Positions 11,239 through 23,119 of a DNA stretch of 64,000 bases are shown here, one piece after another. The notes under the pieces are model-generated. The model did no database searches. It had not been told where the DNA came from and saw only the letters and a program-made list of their open reading frames with translations. This DNA comes from Escherichia phage vB_Eco_BCPEco_001. The DNA is taken from the sequence record PV295200.1; one strand, 5' to 3'. The position numbers and the translations under genes are program-made. Position 1 is the stretch's first letter; each line of letters begins with the position of its first letter.

Positions 11239-11281
11239 ACAACTATCAGCAATACTGCTAATAATTGAAGAGGAAAATAAT

Positions 11282-11509
11282 ATGGCTAAAGTTGATATTG
11301 ACATCGTTGATTTTGAATATATTGAAGAGATTATTCGTAATCGTTATCCTGAACTTAGTATTACAAGCGTGCAAGATTCTAAGTTTTGGAGTATTCAAAT
11401 CGTTATTGAAGGTCCTCTTGAAGACCTCACCCGCTTTATGGCTAATGAATATTGTGATGGCATGGATTCTGAAGACGCAGAATTTTACATGGGACTGATT
11501 GAACAATAA
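11282..11509 (+). CDS. hypothetical protein (frd.x-region small ORF)
   Basis: ATG 11282 preceded by GAGGAAA; ORF track start 11219 would overlap the predicted promoter. Confidence 0.5.
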   Translation: MAKVDIDIVDFEYIEEIIRNRYPELSITSVQDSKFWSIQIVIEGPLEDLTRFMANEYCDGMDSEDAEFYMGLIEQ

Positions 11510-11554
11510 TTATCAAGGGGCTATTAAGCCCCTATTAAAATGAGGAAAATCAAA

Positions 11555-11941
11555 ATGGAAATCGGCAAAAAATACGAGTTAAATCCACATCGTATTAAAT
11601 CTTTCATTGATATTAGTTCATCAAATGCTAATATGGTCGGCATCATTCAAGAAAATGGTGGTTGGTTTGAAGTTAAATCAATATCAAGTTTAGATGGCTT
11701 TGATTATGTAACCGAAATCATTTGTGCTAATGGTGAAATCTATAATGATGATGGTATGGGTGATGATTATTTTGAACTTAGTGAAGAAGAGTTTTATTGT
11801 TTCCGCGAATATAAAGAACCGACTTCTGAAGAAGATGAAGTCAAAGACAAGGTTTATGGCGTAACAAAAATTCACTGCATTGTAGACGAAAACAATGTAG
11901 ATGAAATCATTGAACTTTTGCGAAAAACTTTCAAAAAGTAG
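11555..11941 (+). CDS. hypothetical protein (frd.x-region ORF)
   Basis: MEIGKKYELNPH...; ATG 11555 follows GAGGA; ORF track start 11540 also possible. Confidence 0.5.
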   Translation: MEIGKKYELNPHRIKSFIDISSSNANMVGIIQENGGWFEVKSISSLDGFDYVTEIICANGEIYNDDGMGDDYFELSEEEFYCFREYKEPTSEEDEVKDKVYGVTKIHCIVDENNVDEIIELLRKTFKK

Positions 11942-11975
11942 TTTACAACAGGGTAGTAGTGTGATACTATTACCC
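11941..11975 (+). promoter_or_regulatory. early promoter embedded in inverted repeat (PeSL-like)
   Basis: GTTTACA, 17 nt, TACTAT; arms GGGTAGTAGT / ACTATTACCC flank the -10. Confidence 0.45.
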
Positions 11976-12000
11976 TATCAAAATTAATGGAGAAAAGAAA

Positions 12001-12069
12001 ATGTTCGCACCTTATATTATGGCAGCAGTTATGTTGGTCTGTTTATACCTTTTGATTAAAGCTTGCTAA
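12001..12069 (+). CDS. possible 22-aa hydrophobic micropeptide
   Basis: MFAPYIMAAVMLVCLYLLIKAC, preceded by GGAGAAAAG; below ORF-track size cutoff. Confidence 0.25.
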   Translation: MFAPYIMAAVMLVCLYLLIKAC

Positions 12070-12080
12070 GGAGAATAAAA

Positions 12081-12323
12081 ATGAGATTACAACGTCAGAG
12101 CATCAAAGATTCAGAAGTTAGAGGTAAATGGTATTTTAATATCATCGGTAAAGATTCTGAGCTTGTTGAAAAAGCTGAACACCTTTTACGTGATATGGGG
12201 TGGGAAGATGAATGTGATGGATGTCCTCTTTATGAAGACGGAGAAAGCGCAGGATTCTGGATTTACCATTCTGACGTCGAGCAGTTTAAAGCTGATTGGA
12301 AAATTGTGAAAAAGTCTGTTTAA
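12081..12323 (+). CDS. hypothetical protein (frd.x-region ORF)
   Basis: ATG 12081 preceded by AAGGAGA; ORF track start 12063 is TTG. Confidence 0.5.
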   Translation: MRLQRQSIKDSEVRGKWYFNIIGKDSELVEKAEHLLRDMGWEDECDGCPLYEDGESAGFWIYHSDVEQFKADWKIVKKSV

Positions 12324-12333
12324 GGAAAATAAT

Positions 12334-13160
<827 letters not shown>

Positions 13161-13180
13161 AATAACGCGTGGCGGAAAAT

Positions 13181-13528
13181 ATGAATTTTAATTATTACCC
13201 TATTCTATTAGAAAAAGACGTGAAACAACCTAAATGGCAGGGTCCTCAGTTTATTAAAGGTGTCTATCAATTAGTAGTTCCTAAAGACAAGATTTATAGC
13301 AGTTGTTTCACTGAATCTGCTTGCAGTATTTTCGGTAATAGTTCTCCGTATTGGAATTTTGACATAAAGCTGGATAGAAATATCGATATTTGGTTGAAAG
13401 CTATGGATATTGGTAATATTACGTTTGATGAGAATAATTATCATATTATTGGTCGCTTTTCCAAACGCGGTAAAGAATTGTATTTCACGCCTGAAATTGA
13501 AAGAAAATTTGATGCTAAACCGTATTGA
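13181..13528 (+). CDS. hypothetical protein; ORF occupying an frd-td intergenic insertion
   Basis: 115 aa from ATG 13181 (119 aa from GTG 13169); no recognisable motif; T4 frd and td overlap directly, so this ORF is extra. Confidence 0.45.
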   Translation: MNFNYYPILLEKDVKQPKWQGPQFIKGVYQLVVPKDKIYSSCFTESACSIFGNSSPYWNFDIKLDRNIDIWLKAMDIGNITFDENNYHIIGRFSKRGKELYFTPEIERKFDAKPY

Positions 13529-13573
13529 TTATTTAGCTTCATAAAATGTATTATAATTTATATAAGGTACTAA

Positions 13574-14122
13574 ATGAAACAATACCAATTTTTAATTAAA
13601 GATATCCTGGAAAATGGCTACGAAACCGATGACCGAACAGGCACAGGAACAATTGCTTTGTTCGGTACTAAATTACGCTGGGATTTAACTAAAGGTTTTC
13701 CTGCAGTAACAACTAAGAAGCTCGCCTGGAAAGCTTGCATTGCTGAGCTAATATGGTTTTTATCGGGAAGCACAAATGTCAATGATTTACGATTAATTCA
13801 GCATGATTCGTTAATCCAAGGCAAAACAGTCTGGGATGAAAATTACGAAAATCAAGCAAAAGATTTAGGATACCATAGCGGTGAACTTGGTCCAATTTAT
13901 GGAAAACAATGGCGCGATTTTGGCGGTGTAGACCAAATTATAGAAGTTGTTGATCGTATTAAAAAATTGCCAAATGATAGACGTCAAATTGTTTCAGCAT
14001 GGAATCCAGCTGAACTCAAGCAGATGGCATTACCGCCTTGTCATATGTTCTATCAGTTTAATGTGCGTAATGGCTATTTGGATTTGCAGTGGTATCAACG
14101 ATCAGTAGATGTTTTCTTGGGT
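13574..14122 (+). CDS. td: thymidylate synthase, exon 1
   Basis: MKQYQFLIKDILENGYETDDRTGTGT...QRSVDVFLG; in-frame TAA at 14123 is the first intron codon. Confidence 0.9.
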
Positions 14123-15138
14123 TAATTGAGGCCTGAGTATAAGGTGACTTATACTTGTAATCTATCTAAACGGGGAACCTCTCTAGTAGACAATCCCGTG
14201 CTAAATTGTAGGACTGCCCTTTAATAAATACTTCTATATTTAAAGAGGTATTTATGAAAAGCGGAATTTATCAGATTAAAAATACTTTAAACAATAAAGT
14301 ATATGTAGGAAGTGCTAAAGATTTTGAAAAGAGATGGAAGAGGCATTTTAAAGATTTAGAAAAAGGATGCCATTCTTCTATAAAGCTTCAGAGGTCTTTT
14401 AACAAACATGGTAATGTGTTTGAATGTTCTATTTTGGAAGAAATTCCATATGAGAAAGATTTGATTATTGAACGAGAAAATTTTTGGATTAAAGAGCTTA
14501 ATTCTAAAATTAATGGATACAATATTGCTGATGCAACGTTTGGTGATACATGTTCTACGCATCCATTAAAAGAAGAAATTATTAAGAAACGTTCTGAAAC
14601 TGTTAAAGCTAAGATGCTTAAACTTGGACCTGATGGTCGGAAAGCTCTTTACAGTAAACCCGGAAGTAAAAACGGGCGTTGGAATCCAGAAACCCATAAG
14701 TTTTGTAAGTGCGGTGTTCGCATACAAACTTCTGCTTATACTTGTAGTAAATGCAGAAATCGTTCAGGTGAAAATAATTCATTCTTTAATCATAAGCATT
14801 CAGACATAACTAAATCTAAAATATCAGAAAAGATGAAAGGTAAAAAGCCTAGTAATATTAAAAAGATTTCATGTGATGGGGTTATTTTTGATTGTGCAGC
14901 AGATGCAGCTAGACATTTTAAAATTTCGTCTGGATTAGTTACTTATCGTGTAAAATCTGATAAATGGAATTGGTTCTACATAAATGCCTAACGACTATCC
15001 CTTTGGGGAGTAGGGTCAAGTGACTCGAAACGATAGACAACTTGCTTTAACAAGTTGGAGATATAGTCTGATCTGCATGGTGACATGCAGCTGGATATAA
15101 TTCCGGGGTAAGATTAACGACCTTATCTGAACATAATG
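14123..15138 (+). mobile_element. group I self-splicing intron in td (1016 nt) carrying homing endonuclease I-TevI
   Basis: Exon ends ...TTGGGT; intron starts TAATTGAGGCCTGAG and ends ...ACATAATG (terminal G); contains conserved core blocks GTAGGGTCAAGTGACTCGAAA and ATATAGTCTGATCTGCATGGTGACATGCAGC. Confidence 0.9.
14254..14991 (+). CDS. I-TevI: intron-encoded GIY-YIG homing endonuclease I-TevI
   Basis: 245-aa ORF MKSGIYQIKNTLNNKVYVGSAKDFEKRWKRH... (GIY-YIG motif); located inside td intron. Confidence 0.9.
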   Translation: MKSGIYQIKNTLNNKVYVGSAKDFEKRWKRHFKDLEKGCHSSIKLQRSFNKHGNVFECSILEEIPYEKDLIIERENFWIKELNSKINGYNIADATFGDTCSTHPLKEEIIKKRSETVKAKMLKLGPDGRKALYSKPGSKNGRWNPETHKFCKCGVRIQTSAYTCSKCRNRSGENNSFFNHKHSDITKSKISEKMKGKKPSNIKKISCDGVIFDCAADAARHFKISSGLVTYRVKSDKWNWFYINA

Positions 15139-15450
15139 CTACCATTTAATATTGCATCATATGCTACGTTAGTTCATATTGTAGCTAAGATGTGTAATCT
15201 TATTCCAGGAGATTTGATATTTTCTGGTGGTAATACTCATATCTATATGAATCACGTAGAACAGTGTAAAGAAATTTTGAGGCGTGAACCTAAAGAGCTT
15301 TGTGAGCTGGTAATAAGTGGTCTACCTTATAAATTCCGATATCTTTCTACTAAAGAACAATTAAAATATGTTCTTAAACTTAGGCCTAAAGATTTCGTTC
15401 TTAACAACTATGTATCTCACCCGCCAATTAAAGGAAAGATGGCGGTATAA
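15139..15450 (+). CDS. td: thymidylate synthase, exon 2
   Basis: LPFNIASYATLVHIVAKMC... continues TS frame; exon1+exon2 = 286 aa as in T4 TS. Confidence 0.9.
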   Translation, partial: LPFNIASYATLVHIVAKMCNLIPGDLIFSGGNTHIYMNHVEQCKEILRREPKELCELVISGLPYKFRYLSTKEQLKYVLKLRPKDFVLNNYVSHPPIKGKMAV

Positions 15451-15461
15451 TTTTAATTTAA

Positions 15462-15737
15462 TTGAGAGGATATATGATTTTACGATTTAAAGATATTTCT
15501 GGTGCCATTCTTTTTACACTTCCTAACCCAAGCGAGTTAGAAGTTCCAGGACCAAATCAGCCTATTATCATTTATGGTAAAAAATATTATACTCATAAAA
15601 TGACCCGTGAGTATTTTGATAATAAAATTTCCACAGTTAAAACTTCTTCTGATTGTTACTATGATATTACTGTTTTAACGGAAAAACAATATGCCGAATT
15701 ATCACCGCGCGGGCCGTCTATGCCAGGTAGTGAATAA
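15462..15737 (+). CDS. hypothetical protein (nrdA.2-position ORF)
   Basis: 91-aa ORF between td and nrdA. Confidence 0.5.
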   Translation: MRGYMILRFKDISGAILFTLPNPSELEVPGPNQPIIIYGKKYYTHKMTREYFDNKISTVKTSSDCYYDITVLTEKQYAELSPRGPSMPGSE

Positions 15738-16017
15738 ATATAAATCCGACTTTGATGTTAATATTCACCGTGGTACATTTTGGGGAAATTACGTCGGTAA
15801 AGATGCTGGCAGCCGGGAGGCTGCCATTGAATTATTCAAAAAAGATTTTATACGTCGAATTAAATCCGGAGAAATAACTAAAGCACATTTAGAGCCTTTA
15901 CGTGGAATGAGGCTAGGATGCACATGTAAACCAAAGCCGTGTCATGGTGATATAATAGCTCATATAGTTAACCGACTGTTTAAAGACGATTTTCAAGTTG
16001 AGGACTTATGCAATTAA
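15691..16017 (+). CDS. hypothetical protein (nrdA.1-position ORF); start uncertain
   Basis: 108-aa ORF with Cys/His-rich C-terminus ([12 protein letters not shown]); overlaps previous ORF by 47 nt so the true start may be downstream. Confidence 0.45.
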   Translation: MPNYHRAGRLCQVVNKYKSDFDVNIHRGTFWGNYVGKDAGSREAAIELFKKDFIRRIKSGEITKAHLEPLRGMRLGCTCKPKPCHGDIIAHIVNRLFKDDFQVEDLCN

Positions 16018-18272
16018 TTAATGTTATCAAAAGTAGTGGTGTTTCTCAGAGCTTTGACCCGCAAAAAATTATTAAAGTTTTATCTTGGGCAGCTGAAGGA
16101 ACATCAGTAGATCCTTATGAATTATATGAAAATATTAAATCTTATCTCCGTGATGGAATGACAACTGATGATATTCAGACTATTGTCATTAAGGCCGCTG
16201 CGAATTCTATTTCGGTTGAAGAGCCTGATTATCAATATGTAGCTGCACGCTGTTTAATGTTCGCTCTTCGTAAGCATGTTTATGGGCAGTATGAACCACG
16301 TTCATTTATTGACCATATTTCTTACTGTGTAAATGAAGGTAAATACGACCCTGAATTGTTGTCAAAATATTCAGCAGAAGAAATTACATTTTTAGAATCA
16401 AAAATTAAGCACGAGCGGGATATGGAATTTACTTATTCCGGGGCGATGCAATTAAAAGAAAAATATCTAGTTAAAGATAAAACCACTGGTCAAATTTATG
16501 AAACTCCACAGTTTGCATTTATGACTATTGGAATGGCATTGCATCAAGATGAACCTGTTGATAGATTAAAACATGTTATTCGTTTTTATGAAGCAGTATC
16601 TACTCGACAGATTTCATTGCCAACTCCTATTATGGCTGGTTGTCGTACTCCAACTCGACAGTTTAGTTCATGCGTTGTTATTGAGGCAGGTGATTCATTA
16701 AAGTCTATCAATAAGGCTTCTGCTTCAATTGTTGAGTATATCTCCAAACGCGCTGGAATTGGTATTAACGTTGGTATGATTCGTGCCGAAGGTTCTAAGA
16801 TTGGCATGGGTGAAGTACGTCATACTGGTGTTATTCCTTTTTGGAAACATTTTCAGACTGCAGTTAAATCATGTTCACAGGGTGGAATTCGTGGCGGCGC
16901 TGCTACTGCTTATTATCCTATTTGGCATTTGGAAGTTGAAAATCTTCTCGTTTTGAAAAATAACAAAGGCGTAGAAGAAAACCGCATTCGTCATATGGAT
17001 TATGGCGTTCAACTGAATGATTTGATGATGGAACGTTTTGGAAAGAACGATTACATTACTTTGTTCAGTCCGCATGAAATGGGTGGCGAGCTTTATTATT
17101 CTTATTTTAAAGACCAAGACCGTTTCCGTGAATTATACGAAGCAGCAGAAAAAGACCCTAATATTCGTAAAAAGCGTATTAAAGCCCGTGAACTATTTGA
17201 ATTGCTCATGACTGAACGTTCAGGAACAGCAAGGATTTATGTACAGTTCATTGATAATACGAATAACTATACTCCGTTTATTCGTGAAAAGGCACCTATT
17301 CGTCAGAGTAACTTGTGCTGTGAAATTGCTATTCCAACAAATGATGTGAATAGTCCTGATGCTGAAATTGGATTGTGTACTCTCTCTGCATTCGTACTAG
17401 ATAATTTTGACTGGCAAGACCAAGATAAAATTAATGAATTGGCAGAAGTTCAAGTTCGTGCTCTTGATAATCTTTTGGATTACCAAGGATATCCAGTTCC
17501 TGAAGCAGAAAAAGCTAAAAAGCGTCGTAACCTCGGTGTAGGTGTTACAAACTATGCAGCTTGGCTGGCAAGTAACTTTGCTTCTTATGAAGATGCCAAC
17601 GATTTAACACATGAACTATTTGAGAGATTACAGTATGGACTCATTAAAGCATCCATTAAGCTCGCCAAAGAAAAAGGACCTTGCGAATATTATTCAGACA
17701 CTCGTTGGTCTCGAGGCGAATTACCTATCGACTGGTACAATAAAAAGATTGACCAAATCGCAGCTCCAAAATACGTTTGTGACTGGTCGTCGCTGCGGGA
17801 AGACCTTAAGCTCTTTGGCATCCGTAATAGCACATTATCAGCACTTATGCCATGTGAGTCATCTTCCCAAGTTTCTAACAGTACAAACGGTATCGAGCCT
17901 CCACGTGGACCAGTCTCTGTTAAAGAATCAAAAGAGGGCTCCTTTAATCAAGTCGTGCCCAATATTGAGCATAACATAGACCTTTACGACTATACATGGA
18001 AATTAGCTAAGAAAGGTAATAAACCTTATCTTACGCAGGTAGCTATTATGCTGAAATGGGTATGTCAATCAGCTTCAGCGAATACATACTATGACCCGCA
18101 GATTTTTCCAAAAGGAAAGGTTCCAATGTCAATAATGATTGATGACCTTTTGTATTTCTGGTATTTTGGCGGAAAAAATTTCTATTATCATAATACCCGT
18201 GATGGTTCTGGTACTGATGATTATGAAATAGAAACTCCAAAAGCTGAAGATTGTTCATCCTGTAAATTATGA
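16008..18272 (+). CDS. nrdA: ribonucleotide reductase large subunit
   Basis: 754-aa ORF, same length as T4 NrdA; class Ia RNR features. Confidence 0.95.
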   Translation: MQLINVIKSSGVSQSFDPQKIIKVLSWAAEGTSVDPYELYENIKSYLRDGMTTDDIQTIVIKAAANSISVEEPDYQYVAARCLMFALRKHVYGQYEPRSFIDHISYCVNEGKYDPELLSKYSAEEITFLESKIKHERDMEFTYSGAMQLKEKYLVKDKTTGQIYETPQFAFMTIGMALHQDEPVDRLKHVIRFYEAVSTRQISLPTPIMAGCRTPTRQFSSCVVIEAGDSLKSINKASASIVEYISKRAGIGINVGMIRAEGSKIGMGEVRHTGVIPFWKHFQTAVKSCSQGGIRGGAATAYYPIWHLEVENLLVLKNNKGVEENRIRHMDYGVQLNDLMMERFGKNDYITLFSPHEMGGELYYSYFKDQDRFRELYEAAEKDPNIRKKRIKARELFELLMTERSGTARIYVQFIDNTNNYTPFIREKAPIRQSNLCCEIAIPTNDVNSPDAEIGLCTLSAFVLDNFDWQDQDKINELAEVQVRALDNLLDYQGYPVPEAEKAKKRRNLGVGVTNYAAWLASNFASYEDANDLTHELFERLQYGLIKASIKLAKEKGPCEYYSDTRWSRGELPIDWYNKKIDQIAAPKYVCDWSSLREDLKLFGIRNSTLSALMPCESSSQVSNSTNGIEPPRGPVSVKESKEGSFNQVVPNIEHNIDLYDYTWKLAKKGNKPYLTQVAIMLKWVCQSASANTYYDPQIFPKGKVPMSIMIDDLLYFWYFGGKNFYYHNTRDGSGTDDYEIETPKAEDCSSCKL

Positions 18273-18323
18273 TATAATTTGACTCATGGACGAGTCACTA
18301 TCTATTAACTAAGTGGAAAATTT

Positions 18324-18999
18324 ATGAGCACAGTTTTTAATACAAACCCAGTTGATGTTTTAAAAGAACCTATGTTTTTTGGTTCAGGTCTTGGTATTGC
18401 GCGTTATGATATTCAACGGCATCGAGTATTTGAAGAACTTACTGAGAAATCTTTATCATTTTTCTGGCGTCCTGAAGAAGTAAACTTAATGATGGATGCT
18501 GCGCAATTTAATAAGCTTCCTCAATATCAGCAAAATATTTTTACTAACAACCTGAAGTATCAATCACTTTTGGATAGCATTCAGGGTCGTGCACCTTCTG
18601 CTGTACTTATGTCATTAATTTCAGACCCGAGTCTTGATACATGGGTTGCTACATGGACTTTTAGTGAAACTATTCACAGCCGTTCATATACACATATCAT
18701 GCGAAATCTTTATACTGATCCGTCAAAGGTATTTGATGAGATTGTATTAGATGAAGCTATTATGAAACGTGCTGAATCCATTGGACGCTATTATGATGAC
18801 GTTCTGATTAAAACCCGTGAATGGGAAAATGCTAAAGAATTTGTAGAACTAGCTAAAGAATCTCCTGATGCTGTCTTTCGTTTAAACCGAGCTATTAAAC
18901 AAGAAGCCGAAGCTAAACGTGCTTTAATGAAATCTCTTTACCTCTGTTTGCACGTTATTAATGCCTTAGAAGCAATTCGTTTTTATGTATCTTTTGCGT
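18324..18999 (+). CDS. nrdB: ribonucleotide reductase small subunit, exon 1
   Basis: MSTVFNTNPVDVLKEP...ALEAIRFYVSFA; 3' boundary inferred (exon ends in U; possible P1 pairing GCGU with intron GCGC); boundary +/- a few nt. Confidence 0.75.
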
Positions 19000-20089
19000 A
19001 AAATGCGCCTTTAAACGGTAACGTTTATCGAAAACTCCTTTAATTGCTGGAAAGTCCTTTATAGGAAAACTAGCAGCCAAGGTTTTGCTTGCACCTTTAA
19101 TTAGTATAATATAAATATGATTATACTTTTAAGAGGATGCACAATTGAACTATAGAAAAATTTGGATAGATGCTAACGGACCTATACCTAAAGATTCTGA
19201 TGGAAGAACATACGAAATCCATCATAAAGACGGTAACCGTGAAAATAATGATTTAGATAATTTGATGTGCCTTTCTATACAGGAACATTATGATATACAT
19301 TTAGCTCAAAAAGATTACCAGGCTTGTCATGCTATAAAGCTTAGAATGAAATATTCTCCTGAAGAAATTTCTGAATTAGCTTCTAAAGCCGCAAAATCTA
19401 GAGAAATCCAGATTTTTAATATCCCTGAAGTACGAGCTAAAAATATTGCCTCTATTAAATCTAAGATAGAAAATGGTACATTTCATCTTTTAGATGGTGA
19501 AATACAGCGTAAATCTAATTTAAATAGAGCTGCATTAGGTATACATAATTTTCAACAAGCTGAGCATATTGCAAAAGTTAAAGAACGCAATATTGCAGCT
19601 ATAAAAGAAGGTACTCATGTATTTTGCGGTGGTAAAATGCAGTCAGAAACTCAATCAAAACGGGTAAATGACGGTTCACATCATTTCTTATCAGAAGACC
19701 ATAAGAAAAGAACATCAGCAAAAACATTAGAAATGGTTAAGAACGGGACCCATCCTGCACAAAAAGAAATCACATGTGATTTCTGTGGTCACATTGGTAA
19801 AGGTCCTGGATTTTATCTAAAACATAATGACAGATGTAAATTAAATCCAAATAGAATTCAATTGAATTGTCCATATTGTGATAAGAAAGATTTATCACCA
19901 TCAACATATAAACGATGGCACGGCGACAATTGCAAAACAAGGTTCAACGACTAGTCTTCGGACGTAGGGTCAAGCGACTCGAAATGGGGAGAATCCCTCC
20001 GGGATTGTGATATAGTCTGGACTGCATGGTAACATGCAGCAGTTCATAAGAGAACGGGTTGAGAATTAGCGAGCTCAATCGAACATACG
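19000..20089 (+). mobile_element. group I self-splicing intron in nrdB (~1090 nt) carrying full-length HNH endonuclease I-TevIII
   Basis: Interrupts NrdB between ...YVSFA and (C)TFNFHKNMEIMEGNAKI; shares core blocks GTAGGGTCAAGCGACTCGAAA and ATATAGTCTGGACTGCATGGTAACATGCAGC with td intron. Confidence 0.8.
19145..19954 (+). CDS. I-TevIII: intron-encoded HNH homing endonuclease I-TevIII (full length)
   Basis: 269-aa ORF from TTG 19145 (AAGAGGA 7 nt upstream); HNH motif EIHHKDGNRENNDLDNLMCLSIQEH; C-terminal Cys clusters (CDFCGH, CPYCD). Confidence 0.8.
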   Translation: MNYRKIWIDANGPIPKDSDGRTYEIHHKDGNRENNDLDNLMCLSIQEHYDIHLAQKDYQACHAIKLRMKYSPEEISELASKAAKSREIQIFNIPEVRAKNIASIKSKIENGTFHLLDGEIQRKSNLNRAALGIHNFQQAEHIAKVKERNIAAIKEGTHVFCGGKMQSETQSKRVNDGSHHFLSEDHKKRTSAKTLEMVKNGTHPAQKEITCDFCGHIGKGPGFYLKHNDRCKLNPNRIQLNCPYCDKKDLSPSTYKRWHGDNCKTRFND

Positions 20090-20592
20090 GTACCTTTAAC
20101 TTCCATAAGAATATGGAAATTATGGAAGGTAATGCAAAGATTATGAAGTTCATTGCACGTGATGAGCAGCTTCATCTTAAAGGCACCCAATATATTATTC
20201 GTCAGCTTCAATCCGGTACTGATGGCGATGAATGGGTTAAAATTGCTCAAGAGTGTGAACAAGAAGCAGTTGATATTTTCATGGAAGTTAACCGCCAAGA
20301 AAAAGATTGGGCAGTTCATTTATTTAAAGATGGAGATGTTCCTGGATTAAATACAAATAGCATGTGGAGCTTTATTGATTACTTAACTGTATCTCGTATG
20401 AAGCAGTGTGGTCTTCCATGCCCAATTACCGATGCTCCGGTTAAACATCCATATCCTTGGATTCGTGAATATCTTAATTCTGATAATGTTCAATCTGCGC
20501 CACAAGAAGTAGAATTGTCATCTTACCTTGTTGCACAGATTGATAATGATGTTGATGATAAAGTTATGATGAGTTTTAAAAAATACTTTTAA
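20090..20592 (+). CDS. nrdB: ribonucleotide reductase small subunit, exon 2
   Basis: ...MEGNAKIMKFIARDEQLHLKGTQYI... continues RNR R2 frame to stop at 20592; 5' boundary inferred. Confidence 0.75.
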
Positions 20593-20596
20593 GGAG

Positions 20597-20612
20597 TGGG
20601 CCGCAAGGCCCA
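20597..20612 (+). promoter_or_regulatory. hairpin between Shine-Dalgarno and start codon of denA (split RBS); may also act as nrdB terminator
   Basis: AAGGAG, then GGGCC-GCAA-GGCCC hairpin, then TTTTATT-ATG(20620). Confidence 0.45.
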
Positions 20613-20619
20613 TTTTATT

Positions 20620-22207
<1,588 letters not shown>

Positions 22208-22210
22208 GCT

Positions 22211-22265
22211 GTTTACAAGTCCCTCATGTTGTGTTATAGTAGTCTTACTGACATAACATGAGGAC
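22211..22265 (+). repeat. promoter-early stem-loop (PeSL-like) cassette, copy 1
   Basis: GTTTACA-17 nt-TATAGT promoter inside inverted repeat CCTCATGTT...AACATGAGG; right arm contains the GAGGA Shine-Dalgarno of alc; 53/55 identical to copy at 36793. Confidence 0.6.
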
Positions 22266-22268
22266 TTT

Positions 22269-22775
22269 ATGATGGATTTACAACTTATTACTACTGAAAT
22301 GGTCGTTGAAGCATACGGTGATACTACAGATGGGATTTCTGTATTCAAAGGAAATCGTCGAGTTGGATATATCACCGATCTTAAGAAAGATTTAGCTAAG
22401 CAAGTCAAGCGGAAAACGACCATTAAAGAATATCGAAATCGTCGTCTTGAGCAAGCCCGTGATATGCTTCCTGATGCGGTTGAAGAGATGAAAGTCTTTT
22501 TAGAAAATCAACTTGCTAAGTATGATTGTGAAGTGTTCATTAATCAGACTCAACCTAATGTTCATATCAATAGTTGTAAATGCTATATCATCGTTAATCC
22601 TTTGACTGGAAAGCATCGTCTTGGAATTAGTAATCCAAATCGTAGTGCATCGGATATGGCAGAAGATGTTGAGGCATGCTTTAAAATTTCTAAATCTCCA
22701 GCTGAACATCATATTTTAATTAACGGTCTTTCTCAAGACGATATTGTAGAGGTTATTAAAACTTTATGCATGTAA
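22269..22775 (+). CDS. alc: Alc, inhibitor of host transcription
   Basis: MMDLQLITTEMVVEAYGDTTDG...; ~167 aa; start may be the second ATG (22272). Confidence 0.8.
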   Translation: MMDLQLITTEMVVEAYGDTTDGISVFKGNRRVGYITDLKKDLAKQVKRKTTIKEYRNRRLEQARDMLPDAVEEMKVFLENQLAKYDCEVFINQTQPNVHINSCKCYIIVNPLTGKHRLGISNPNRSASDMAEDVEACFKISKSPAEHHILINGLSQDDIVEVIKTLCM

Positions 22776-23119
22776 GTAATTTTACAGCTGGATTGCTATT
22801 ACTTGTAATAGCATTTGGCGGAACATCTATTATTTTAAAAAATAAGGTAGAAAGATTAGAAACATCAGTTACTGAAATTACAAAAACGGCCAATGAAAAC
22901 GCCTTAGCATTAAATAATTTGCGAATTCAGTATAATTATATTGATGCGATGAATAATAAAAATCGTGAGGCAATTGCTGCTATTGAGCGTGAAAATGAAA
23001 AACTGCGCAAAGATGCAAAGAAGGCGGATGTGGTGGCTCATAAGCCAGGATTGGTTGAAAAACAAATCAACAACTCCTTCAACAAGTTCGCAGAAGACAT
23101 CCAGGACCTTTCTAAATGA
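22766..23119 (+). CDS. pseT.3: i-spanin (inner-membrane spanin subunit)
   Basis: 117 aa with N-terminal transmembrane helix (FTAGLLLLVIAFGGTSIIL) then coiled-coil-like region; immediately precedes a lipoprotein ORF. Confidence 0.7.
   Translation: MHVSNFTAGLLLLVIAFGGTSIILKNKVERLETSVTEITKTANENALALNNLRIQYNYIDAMNNKNREAIAAIERENEKLRKDAKKADVVAHKPGLVEKQINNSFNKFAEDIQDLSK

Noticed and set aside
15739-15746. Late-promoter-like motif at the nrdA.2/nrdA.1 overlap
   Set aside because: Sequence is TATAAATC, not the exact TATAAATA, and lies inside coding sequence of an early gene cluster.
20596-20619. Upstream GTG start for denA (ORF track start 20596)
   Set aside because: The GTG lies inside the stable GGGCC-GCAA-GGCCC hairpin; ATG 20620 gives the expected 136-aa protein.
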